The notes below the pieces were generated by a model that saw nothing but the letters and a program-made list of their open reading frames with translations, was not told where the DNA came from and ran no database searches. 64,000 nt of DNA, from the NCBI GenBank assembly GCA_964016885.1, contig OZ024743.1, positions 31,124,001 through 31,188,000 on the forward strand, given 5' to 3'. Shown here one piece after another: positions 13,377-25,900 of the stretch; position 1 is the first letter of the stretch, and each line of letters opens with the position of its first letter. Origin of the DNA: Eledone cirrhosa. Taxonomy: Eukaryota. A program made the position numbers and the translations under genes.

Positions 13377-16300
13377 ATGGAGACTAGAACGTCATGTGAC
13401 AGACTCTCACCCAACAGGTGCCCCCTGGCTCAGCAGCAGGAACCTGACTGTCAACCAAATACTGCTGATGTTGGAGGAAGAAGAAGAAGGAAAGGGGCCA
13501 GAACCAACTGGACGAAAGAATTGAATAGAACTGTTATGCAATGCTACCTGAAAAGTAACCCCAAGGAGAGGGGCTACAGGAGACGGATGCATAACATCTG
13601 GAACGAGATTGGTTTATTTAAATTAGATGAACAAAAATTGGCCGGGCAGGCTCGGGTAATAAGAGCTAATGGGTGGATAAGCGAGCTGGAACTGGAGGAA
13701 CTGAGCAGAGAGAATGGCTTGGAGATGGCGGGTGTAGTATGCCAGACAAGCGAGCCGGCGGGAAATGAAGGTGAGGAGGTCCTGAGAACGGAGGAACCAC
13801 CCGAAGCAGACAATGATCTGAATACTGAGATAAATAATACCTGGAACAGAGATACGGCCACTGAGGAGATGAATGCTGACGGGCTAGGACAAGATTCGGT
13901 TGACATCCTAAATTTAGTGGTAGATGAGTTGAACAATGATAGTGGGAGACCTATGAACCTAAGATTTGTAGACAGGAAAAAGTTCAAAGAAACAACAGCT
14001 AAGGTAAACAAAGTCATCCCATACCTTGAGGCGAGGAGTCTTCACCAGTGCAACAATATCCTCAAAGCAACAGCAAATACGGTGAGGAAACTACTTGGTA
14101 TAAAAGCGAGAGGAAACAACAGACAAGAAAGAGCAGAGCCGTGGTGGAAGAAGCGACTGAGTGGGCAAATCGGGGAAATGAGAAATGACATAGGAAAGCT
14201 TGAGTCACTACTGAATGGGACACTAAAAAACATAGGCACTAAAAATAGACTGGAAATAAAATACAAAACTAGGAGTAAAAAGCTAAATATTATCATAGAG
14301 GAATTGAAGCAACGCATTGTAGCAAAGAGTGCCAAAATCAGGCGATACGAGAACAGAGTCAGTCAGTATAAACAGAACCGCATGTTCGACAACAACCAGA
14401 AGATGCTGTTTGGACAGCTTGAGGGGAAAGAAAGAGGCAACGACTTGATCCCTGGGGCGGAACAAGCTAAAACATTCTGGAGAGGAATATGGGAGCAGGA
14501 TGTTAGACACAATGCCCAGGCAGGGTGGATTGAGACAGTACAGAGGGAGATCGGTGAGCAGGCACAACAACAGACTGATTTGAGTATCACAGTTGAAACT
14601 CTTAAGGGGCAAGCCAAAAAACTAACCAACTGGAAATCACCAGGCCCAGATGGTGTGCAGGGGTATTGGATTAAACATTTAACATCCCTCCACCCGAAGC
14701 TGACGGCCATGTTCAATGACTGCTTGGTGTCGGGTGAGGTGCCAGAGTGGTTGACAAAAGGTACCACAGTTCTGATAATGAAAGACCGAAGCAAGGGTAA
14801 TGATGTTACCAACTATAGACCTATCACATGTCTGCCCGTAATGTGGAAACTGTTGACGAGCATTGTGTCTGAGGAAATCTACCATCACCTCCACACAAAC
14901 AACTTGTTACCGGACGAACAGAAAGGATGCCGAAAGAAGTCACGTGGTACAAAGGACCAGTTGCTTATTGATAAGATGGTAATGGGGAATTGCAGGAGGA
15001 GACACACTGATCTTGCCATGGGATGGATACACTACAGAAAGGCATTTGACATGGTGCCTCATTCCTGGATCACCAAAAGCCTGGAGATCTTCAGGGTGGC
15101 AGATAACATCAGACAGTTGCTGGGCAGGAGTATGGGGTCCTGGGAGACAGAGTTGACATCAACTGGAGTATCCTTGGGAAGCGTGAAGATCAAGAGAGGT
15201 ATCTTCCAGGGAGATAGCCTGTCCCCTCTGTTGTTTGTCCTTGCCCTGATGCCCCTGACCAGTGTACTGCGAAAAGTGAGAGCAGGATACGGGTTGGGAA
15301 AGGGAGGGCTTACCATCAATCACCTCCTCTTCATGGACGATCTTAAGCTCTTCGGGAAGAGAGAGAAGGAGTTGGATGTGCTTGTTGACACTGTCCGTAT
15401 TTTCAGCAGTGATATATGTAAGCAGTTTGGTATTAGTAAGTGTGGAGTCATTGTGATGAGGAGAGGTAGGTTGAGCAGAAGTAACGGAATCCAGATACCA
15501 ACAGGTGAGATGATAAACGAAATTGACTCTGAGGAAGGATACAAGTATTTGGGCGTTCTGGAGGCTGATGGCATAAAGAACAAAAAAAATGAAGGAATTG
15601 TTTAGAAATGAATACATTCGGAGAGTAAGGAGCGTATTGAAGTCACATCTGAACAGCAGAAATGCCATAAGCGCAGTAAATTCCCGAGCTGTGTCTCTTA
15701 TTAGGTACAGTGCGGGAATTCTGAGATGGAATGTTGCTGAACAAAAAGAAATGGATAGGAAGACAAGGAAGCTATTGACTATCTACAACATGTTCCACAA
15801 GAGTGGTGATGTCGATAGACTCTACCTAAGGAGATCTGAGGGTGGAAGAGGTCTTATCAGCATAGAGGACTGTGTTCAGATGGATAAAACAACCTACACA
15901 AATACGTGACTGATAGTAAGGAGCCCATGCTCAGAACTGTACTGAAGGAGGGGACAATAGGCCAGGGGATGTCCAAGGAGGAAATAACATCAAGGAGAAA
16001 GAGCAGCCTTCAGGAAAAATACCTTCATAGTACCTTCTTTGAGAAAACTGAATTTAGAGATCCACAGACATGGAACTGGTTGAGAAGAGGAGACCTTAAA
16101 AAGGCTACAGAAGGAATGTTAATGGCTGCGCAGGAGCAGGCCCTCAAAACGAAGTGGTTGAAACACCATATTCACAATGAGGAGGCTAGCACACTGTGCA
16201 GGATCTGTGGAGAGAGAGAGGAGACTGTGGCTCACATTGTATCCGAGTGTAAACACCTAGCCCAGACCCACTATAAGGGCTGGAGACATGATGTGATGGG

Positions 16301-16768
16301 CAGGGTGATCCACTGGCACCTGTGCAAAGTAAACAATTTACCACATTCTGAGAACTGGTATGAGCATAAGCCAGAGGCGGTGATGGAGAACGATCAGGTG
16401 AAAGTGCTGTGGGATTTTAGGATACAGAGGGACAAGAAACTGGAACACAATAGACGTGACCTGGTTGTTGTGGACAAAGAAAAAATATCGTGTCTGATTG
16501 TGGATGTGGCCTGCCCATTCGACACGAGAGTGCAAGAGAAGGAGAGGGAGAAAATTAACCGATACCAGGACTTAAAGTGGGAGGTAAAAAGGATCTGGAA
16601 CTGCCATGAATTCAAAGTAATCCCGATTGTCATAGGTGCACTGGGGACTATCTCCAAAAGATTCCAGGGATGGTTAAAGAAAATCGGCCCCTTCACGTCT
16701 TTGGAACGCTTCAAAAGGCATGCTTGCTGGGAACAGCAAGAACCCTCCGATACGTCCTGAATATCTGA
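13377..16768 (+). pseudogene. A2 ORF, open for 742 aa then frameshifted
   Basis: ORF track 13377-15605, 15589-15909, 15906-16760; motifs KSPGPDG, NYRPITCL, EQKGC, RGIFQGDSLSPLLF, LLFMDDLKL. Confidence 0.9.
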
Positions 16769-16857
16769 GGCTGCAGGTAGTGGCTTGATATTCATTCCAA
16801 CGGACTTTCCGGTTAACGAACATCAATGACTGAGATTCAAGGAATAATAATAACAAC

Positions 16858-16926
<69 letters not shown>

Positions 16927-16928
<2 letters not shown>

Positions 16929-17936
16929 GGGAAGAAGACGCACGAGGTGGTGGAAGGTCATGAAATCGCTCCCGTAAGTTTTGAATTTTTAACATATTTA
17001 AATCATTTGTGAAATAACAACTCTTAGTACAAATGCTACGTAAAGCACCCGGCTTGAGCCCCCAAAAATTCGGACCCAAAATATATTGTTATAAGGCTCA
17101 AATATTCAAATATTCAACTTTGTATTGTACACTGTATATCCAAAAAAAAAAAAAATGGCTATAAATGGAAGAAGAAGAACCCCCCCTCCTCTCCTCTGGC
17201 TACACTATATAGGACAGCTAAACTCACCAACACCAGAAACTAGATACACCACCCACCCCATCATCTGTGTACACTAAACACAACAGCATTTTCACCTTCA
17301 CCGCCACCGCTCACTACGGCCATCATTACCACCACTATCCCATCACCGCCGCCACCACCCCTTGACTCCTTCACTGCTGCTGCCACCGCTACAGCACCAT
17401 CACTACAGTAATACGGCTCAAATATTCAAATATTCAACTTTGTATTGTACACTGTATATCCAAAAAAAATAAAATGGCTATAAATGGAAGAAGAAGAACC
17501 CCCCCCCCTCCTCTCCTCTGGCTACACTATATAGGACAGCTAAACTCACCAACACCAGAAACTAGATACACCACCCACCCCATCATCTGTGTACACTAAA
17601 CACAACAGCATTTTCACCTTCACCGCCACCGCTCACTACGGCCATCATTACCACCACTATCCCATCACCGCCGCCACCACCCCTTGATTCCTTCACTGCT
17701 GCTGCGACCGCTACAGCACCATCACTACAGTAATACGGTCGCATCACCGCCACCACTGCCTCGGTATCGACATCACCACCACCACTGTCTCAGTATCGCC
17801 AACGCCGCCAGTCTCTGCTGGCTGCCACTTCCACATTATAGAATTCCTACTACTAACAAAGAGGAAGGCATCAAAATATATAGATAGACTCAAAAGAAAA
17901 AAGAAAAAACAAACAACAAAACCAAAGCAACACAGC

Positions 17937-17968
<32 letters not shown>

Positions 17969-20900
17969 CGAGAAAAACGAACAGAGAAAAACAAAAACAA
18001 AAAAAGAAACCCCAAAAACGTAAAGAAAATAAGAATGAAGAGAGAAGCAGGCGGACGGACAGAGAAGAGGGGGGAAAAAGTAAAACTTAAAAAACAAAAA
18101 CTAAGTCAGACATTCGAACACTACATTACAATGAAATTTATGCTTATTCATTTTTGGGGCCCTTTCTGCCCGTGTGTTTGTTTGTTTATGTGTGTCCGTA
18201 TACAGCGTGGTGATAATGCCACACAAGGGCCAAGTGGGATGGCGGATCCACAGATGGCTATGCAAACATACGTTCGCCAATCCTCGATAAGAGTGTTTAA
18301 ATATCGAACATAAACAGTTCGAATAACGGTGAAATGGAGACTAGAACGTCATGTGACAGACTCTCACCCAACAGGTGCCCCCTGGCTCAGCAGCAGGAAC
18401 CTGACTGTCAACCAAATACTGCTGATGTTGGAGGAAGAAGAAGAAGGAAAGGGGCCAGAACCAACTGGACGAAAGAATTGAATAGAACTGTTATGCAATG
18501 CTACCTGAAAAGTAACCCCAAGGAGAGGGGCTACAGGAGACGGATGCATAACATCTGGAACGAGATTGGTTTATTTAAATTAGATGAACAAAAATTGGCC
18601 GGGCAGGCTCGGGTAATAAGAGCTAATGGGTGGATAAGCGAGCTGGAACTGGAGGAACTGAGCAGAGAGAATGGCTTGGAGATGGCGGGTGTAGTATGCC
18701 AGACAAGCGAGCCGGCGGGAAATGAAGGTGAGGAGGTCCTGAGAACGGAGGAACCACCCGAAGCAGACAATGATCTGAATACTGAGATAAATAATACCTG
18801 GAACAGAGATACGGCCACTGAGGAGATGAATGCTGACGGGCTAGGACAAGATTCGGTTGACATCCTAAATTTAGTGGTAGATGAGTTGAACAATGATAGT
18901 GGGAGACCTATGAACCTAAGATTTGTAGACAGGAAAAAGTTCAAAGAAACAACAGCTAAGGTAAACAAAGTCATCCCATACCTTGAGGCGAGGAGTCTTC
19001 ACCAGTGCAACAATATCCTCAAAGCAACAGCAAATACGGTGAGGAAACTACTTGGTATAAAAGCGAGAGGAAACAACAGACAAGAAAGAGCAGAGCCGTG
19101 GTGGAAGAAGCGACTGAGTGGGCAAATCGGGGAAATGAGAAATGACATAGGAAAGCTTGAGTCACTACTGAATGGGACACTAAAAAACATAGGCACTAAA
19201 AATAGACTGGAAATAAAATACAAAACTAGGAGTAAAAAGCTAAATATTATCATAGAGGAATTGAAGCAACGCATTGTAGCAAAGAGTGCCAAAATCAGGC
19301 GATACGAGAACAGAGTCAGTCAGTATAAACAGAACCGCATGTTCGACAACAACCAGAAGATGCTGTTTGGACAGCTTGAGGGGAAAGAAAGAGGCAACGA
19401 CTTGATCCCTGGGGCGGAACAAGCTAAAACATTCTGGAGAGGAATATGGGAGCAGGATGTTAGACACAATGCCCAGGCAGGGTGGATTGAGACAGTACAG
19501 AGGGAGATCGGTGAGCAGGCACAACAACAGACTGATTTGAGTATCACAGTTGAAACTCTTAAGGGGCAAGCCAAAAAACTAACCAACTGGAAATCACCAG
19601 GCCCAGATGGTGTGCAGGGGTATTGGATTAAACATTTAACATCCCTCCACCCGAAGCTGACGGCCATGTTCAATGACTGCTTGGTGTCGGGTGAGGTGCC
19701 AGAGTGGTTGACAAAAGGTACCACAGTTCTGATAATGAAAGACCGAAGCAAGGGTAATGATGTTACCAACTATAGACCTATCACATGTCTGCCCGTAATG
19801 TGGAAACTGTTGACGAGCATTGTGTCTGAGGAAATCTACCATCACCTCCACACAAACAACTTGTTACCGGACGAACAGAAAGGATGCCGAAAGAAGTCAC
19901 GTGGTACAAAGGACCAGTTGCTTATTGATAAGATGGTAATGGGGAATTGCAGGAGGAGACACACTGATCTTGCCATGGGATGGATACACTACAGAAAGGC
20001 ATTTGACATGGTGCCTCATTCCTGGATCACCAAAAGCCTGGAGATCTTCAGGGTGGCAGATAACATCAGACAGTTGCTGGGCAGGAGTATGGGGTCCTGG
20101 GAGACAGAGTTGACATCAACTGGAGTATCCTTGGGAAGCGTGAAGATCAAGAGAGGTATCTTCCAGGGAGATAGCCTGTCCCCTCTGTTGTTTGTCCTTG
20201 CCCTGATGCCCTTGACCATTATGCTGCGAAAAGTGAGAGCAGGATACAAGTTGGGAAGGGGAGAGCTTACCATCAATCACCTCCTCTTCATGGACGATCT
20301 TAAGCTCTTCGGGAAAAGTGAGAAGGAGTTGGATGTGCTTGTTGACACTGTCCGTATTTTCAGCAGTGATATATGTATGCAGTTTGGTATTGGTAAATGT
20401 GGAGTCATTGTGATGAGGAGGGGTAGGTTGAGCAGAAGTAACGGGATCCAGATACCAACAGGTGAGATGATAAAGGAAATTGACTCTGAGGAAGGATACA
20501 AGTATTTGGGCGTTCTGGAGGCTGATGGCATAAAGAACAAAAAAATGAAGGAATTGTTAAGAACTGAATACATTCGGAGAGTAAGGAGCGTATTGAAGTC
20601 ACATCTGAACAGCAGAAATGCCATAAGCGCAGTAAATTCCCGAGCTGTGTCTATTATTAGGTACAGTGCGGGAATTCTGAGATGGAATGTTGCTGAACAA
20701 AAAGAAATGGATAGGAAGACTAGGAAGCTATTGGCTATCTACAACATGTTCCACAAGAGGAGTGATGTCGATAGACTCTACCTAAGGAGATCTGAGGGTG
20801 GAAGAGGTCTTATCAGCATAGAGGACTGTGTTCAGATGGAGAAAAACAACCTATACAAATACGTGACCTATAGTAAGGAGCCAATGCTCAGAGCTGTACT

Positions 20901-21582
20901 GAAGGAGGGGACAGTAGGCCAGGGGATATCCAAGGAGGAAATAACATCAAGGAGGAAGAGCAGCCTTAAGGGAAAATCCCTTCATAGTACCTTCTTTGAG
21001 AAAACTGAATTATAAGGGCTGGAGACACGATGTGATGGGCAGGGTGATCCACTGGCACCTGTGCAAAGTAAACAATCTACCACATTCTGAGAAATGGTAT
21101 GAGCATAGGCCAGAGGCGGTGATGGAGAACAGTCAGGTGAAGGTGCTGTGGGATTTTAGGATACAGACGGACAAAAAACTGGAACACAATAGACCTGACC
21201 TGGTGGTTGTGGACAAAGAAAAAAGATCGTGCCTGATTGTGGATGTGGCCTGCCCGTTCGACACGAGAGTGCAAGAGAAGGAGAGGGAGAAAATTAACCG
21301 ATACCAGGACCTAAAGTGGGAGGTGAAAAGGATTTGGAACTGCCATGAAGTCAAAGTGATCCCGATTGTCATAGGCGCACTGGGGACTATCTCCAAAGGT
21401 TTCCAGGGATGGTTAAAGAAAATCGGCCCCTTCACGCTTTTTGGAACGCTTCAAAAGGCATGCTTGCTTGGAACGGCAAGAACCCTCCGATACGTCCTGA
21501 ATATCTGAGGCTGCAGGTAGTGGCTTGATATTCAATCCAACGGACTTTCCAGTTAACCAACATCAATGACTGAGATTCAAGG
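16927..21582 (+). mobile_element. R4/Dong-like retrotransposon A3 (full length with internal deletion)
   Basis: 893-aa open frame, then a ~218 bp deletion at ~21010 that removes the CCHC knuckle; intact RLE motif NRPDLVVVD. Confidence 0.92.
18334..21508 (+). pseudogene. A3 ORF, RT region open, frameshifted by the deletion before RLE
   Basis: ORFs 18334-21015 and 20996-21508. Confidence 0.88.
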
Positions 21583-21610
21583 AATAACAATAACAATAAT
21601 AATAATAATA

Positions 21611-22913
21611 ATGAAGACATGGAAAACGACACTCCTTTTGAATTGTGAAACAAAATCACTGGAAGCTGGAGAAGTTAATATTAATTGTGGAATTTTTCAG
21701 GTTGACTCTTTATCACCGCTTTTATTCTGCATCGCACTTATACCATTAAGTAAAATGCTCAATAAAACAAAACATGGATATAAAGTCTATGACAAAACCA
21801 TTAATCACTTGTTCTACATGGATGAACTGAAACTATTTGCAAAAAATGATGAACAATTGCAAGGGCTATTATCCACTGTGGAGCAGTTCAGTGATGACAT
21901 TAAAATGGAGTTTGGACTAGATAAATGCGCCAAAGCAACGTTCACCAGAGGAAAGCTGCTGAAGAGTTCGGACATTAATCTTGATCGGGGGAACGTGATA
22001 AGAGAACTTGATCAAGAAAAAACTTCCAAATATCTAGGTGTTTGTGAAGGAGACGGAATCAAGCACTCGACAATGAAGGAAAGGATAAGGAAGGAATGTT
22101 ACCGCAGAGTAAGAGCAATCTTAAGAACGGAATTGAATGCAAGGAATAGGATCGATGCCATAAACACGTTTGCCATACCAGTAGTAACCTACAGTTACAA
22201 TGTCATCAACTGGTCAAGCACAGAGATCCGTAGGCTCGATACAAAATTTCGAAAATTCTTAACCATGCACAGAATGCATCACCCTAAGGCAGATATAGAT
22301 AGAATATATCTCCCTAGGAAAGAAGGAAGACGTGGGTTAGTCCAGTTAGACATTGCGTTGAAAACTGCAACAATTGGATTATGTACATATCTAAGCGAAT
22401 CACATGATTGGATGATCAAACTCGTTTTGAAACACGAGAGCATCAAAAGATCGTATTCCATTACAAAAGATGCACAAAGATACAGTAATGGACTACACAT
22501 TTCAGAAGTCCCATTTACTGCTGAAATGGAAAACAAAGAAAAAGCAAAGCAGGTAAAAGTAACTGCAAAGAAAGAACTGCTACAGAAACTGGCTAAGAAA
22601 TGGCAAGAATAGCCTCTGTATGGAAAATACCCAGAGCGAGCTAACAATCCTGATGTTGACGACACTTTAACCCATCAGTGGTGGGCATCCTCTGGACTGA
22701 AATCGGAGACTGAAGGACTGATTATATCAGCACAAGATCAGTGTCTTTCAACAAAAAAATTACCAAGCCAACATAATAAAAATTGGATGCCGCCCATTAT
22801 GCCGTGTATGCAAAAAACAACCAGAGACCATTGACCATGTAATTTCAATGTGCAGTCCTATAGCTCCAACCGAATACCTAAACAGGCATGACAGAGCTTC
22901 ACAATACATACAT
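21611..22913 (+). mobile_element. R4/Dong-like lineage B internal fragment (truncated at both ends)
   Basis: RT GIFQVDSLSPLLF, HLFYMDELKLF through the CCHC region; collinear with 25832-27118; preceded by a short (TAA)n. Confidence 0.88.
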
Positions 22914-25900
22914 TAACATATTTAAAACAATTGTGATATAACAATTCGTAGTACAAATGGGACATAAAGCGCCAGGCTTAGCTCTCTGGAAATTTAATTC
23001 CATAATATCCTTTTATATTGCTCAAAATTTCAATTTTGTCTTATACATTTAATATTCAAAAAAGAAAATGGTTATAAATGGAAGAAAACCCCCTCTGTCT
23101 AAACTATATAGAACAGCCAAATAACAACAATTTCACCTACACCAAAAAATAGATACACCACCTATCCCATAACCTCTCTGTGTACAACAGCCAGATAACG
23201 GCAATTTCACCACCACCATTCCCAGCATAATAATAATAATTACTATTATTGTATCTCAAATTTTCTCAAAATGTTTAATTCAAATATTAAACACATATAT
23301 TAAACATACGTGACAACCTGCATAGATAAACAGATCAAACAAACGCATACTACTACAGTCTATTCAACAAAACTCAGTAACGACAACACTTCACTATACT
23401 CACCGCCGCCACCACTCCATCTTTGCTACCACTATCCCATCATCGCCGCCACCACACCTTCATTGCTAACACCACTATTCCCCCACTACCTTCTGTTAAC
23501 TTAAGAAGGGGGAAGGTGGTGGTATCACTAGACGAGGGAGAGGCTAGCAAAATATATAAATAGACTGACTTATACCCGGTCAAACGTCAACGACAATGGC
23601 ACTGCTGGCTCCTCATCCCCCCACCAACAATAGGAAAAGTCCAACCACCACCACCGACATAGCCAACAACAATAACAGGCAACTTCAACAAAAAGTATAT
23701 TATATTATTAATAATAATTTCATTCACATTAAGGAACCACTCATGATAATAACAATTTTAAAAAAACAACATAAAAGAAAACGCCGTGACCAAGAAATAC
23801 CGGGATGGCCGCCGGCGGGGAATAGCCGTGTCTCTAGGGAAGGACGACCCTTCTAGTCTTGGTTGACACTCGTCCTAGAAGTGGTAACACGAAATGATTA
23901 CCCCTTGGCGGTTAAGGATAAAACGCGACAAATTAAAGTAAATGTCAAATGATAAAATCTCATACCGAATCGACCGTCACCCGGGTCAAAAAGGGCCGCG
24001 TGCCCCACAGAGGAATCCGACTGGGTCGAAAAATCAGCTAATGGTTCAAACCTTCCCATCACTTCGGACCTGGAGACCTCCCATAACCGGAATACTCCAA
24101 CTGTTGGCATTCCATGCTCACCACCAAGAAATCCAAAGAAAAAGAGAGAAAAATGGTCAAGGGAAGACAGTAAAGAATTCCTTGAGGATTTCTACACTGC
24201 CATGTACGACCCATCAAATAGATCGAATACTGAACAGACATATATCAACTGGAAAAGAAACATCCCGAAAACAGAGGCTATATTGACAGTAACAAGCTAG
24301 CCAATATACGAAGAAATATTGTTAAAAAAAAGTTACTAACTGATATATAAATTGATCAGATGGTATTAGCACAAAGTCAGCGAAGGGAAAATGAAACATG
24401 TGTCAGTGAAAACGGGGTATATTGTTACACTTCGAATCCCAGGGTTGGGGCGGAATCACTGACAACAGAACAAATTAAAGAAAGGATCGAAAAAGTGGAG
24501 GGAGTGCATGCTAAAGATGAAACTCAAGATGAAAACAATGAGATCGTAAATGATAAAGAAATGAATGAGAATGAACTTGCCAACTTGAAGGATGAAATTA
24601 TGATCGAATGGATGAAAATGAAAGAATCTGACATGGGGGTACGAGACACTCTCCCTAAGATACAGAACTCCAAACAGAACCAAAATATAATACACAAGAC
24701 TAACATAATTCTAAAAAACATTATCATCACAAACAAACTAAACATTACTGATTTAAATCATCTCTATTATGCATAGGCTAAAGTCGCCACTCACTTATGT
24801 GGAGTGAAAATGAAAAAACAAAGGAATTCCCACAAGAAATCTACTTGGCAAGAGAACATCAATCGCCAAATAAACCTTCTCCAATCTGACATAGAAATTT
24901 TGCCACACTACAAAGTAGGTGGACATGTTAAACAAACTAAACTTAGAAAATTGAAAAGAAAATACAGTATAAAATCTACAAGTGACATAGACATGCTGAT
25001 AGAAATAATCAAGCAAAAAGTGTCGGCCAAAGCTGCTCGTATAAGGCGCTTTGAAAAACGAGCTAGATTCTATAAGAAAATAATATGTTAAAAAACAACC
25101 AAATAAACTTCTACAGAAAAATTGGCAAGTCAACAATAACTGCTAAATCAATCCCACCCAAGGAGAGGTTGCAAGAATTCTGGGAAAAGATCTGGGCCGA
25201 AGAAAAATTTCATAATATACATGCACCATGGATAAACAGACAAATGAAAGATACAGCTCACCTTAAGGTACAAATATGGGAAAATATAACATTTGAACAG
25301 TTGCTTTTGGCTCTTAGAAAAACCAGCAAATGGAAATCCCTAGTTAAAGACAAAATACCAAATGTTTGGATAAATGCCTTCACAGAGTCTCATAAGCTGT
25401 TAGACCAACTTTACAATGAAATAGTTAAGGAGCCAGAAAAGATACTATCATGTTTAGTTAACGGCATTACATTCTTCCTTCCGAAGAATGATGAGACAAA
25501 AAATCCCCAAAATTACAGACCGATAACTTGCTTGACCACAATGTATAAAATTTTAACATCAGTCCTAACTGAATATATATATGACCACCTGATAACAAAT
25601 GATCTATTTCCCAATGAGCAGAAAGGGTGTAAAAGGGGCTCATATGGCTGTAAGGATCATCTTTTGGTTAACAAAATGATACTGGAAGATTATCATAATA
25701 GACACAAAATCTATCAATTGCTTGGATAGATTATAAAAAAGCATTCGATAGTTTGCCACACAGTTGGATTGAAAAAATGTTTAGAGATTGTCAAAATCTC
25801 TCCCGTTATCAGGAGGTTCCTGTCATTCAGTATGAAGACATGGAAAACGACACTCCTTTTGAATAGTCAAAACAAATCACTGGAAGCTGGAGAAGTTAAT

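Larger units (their letters stand above)
11968..16842 (+). mobile_element. R4/Dong-like retrotransposon A2 (full length, chimeric A3/A1)
   Basis: 5' half matches A3 and 3' half matches A1, including frameshifts; (TAA)n linkers at 11883-11967 and 16842-16926. Confidence 0.92.

Noticed and set aside
8616-20624. Long antisense ORFs over the R4 elements
   Set aside because: Shadow frames of a purine-rich coding strand with no recognisable motifs
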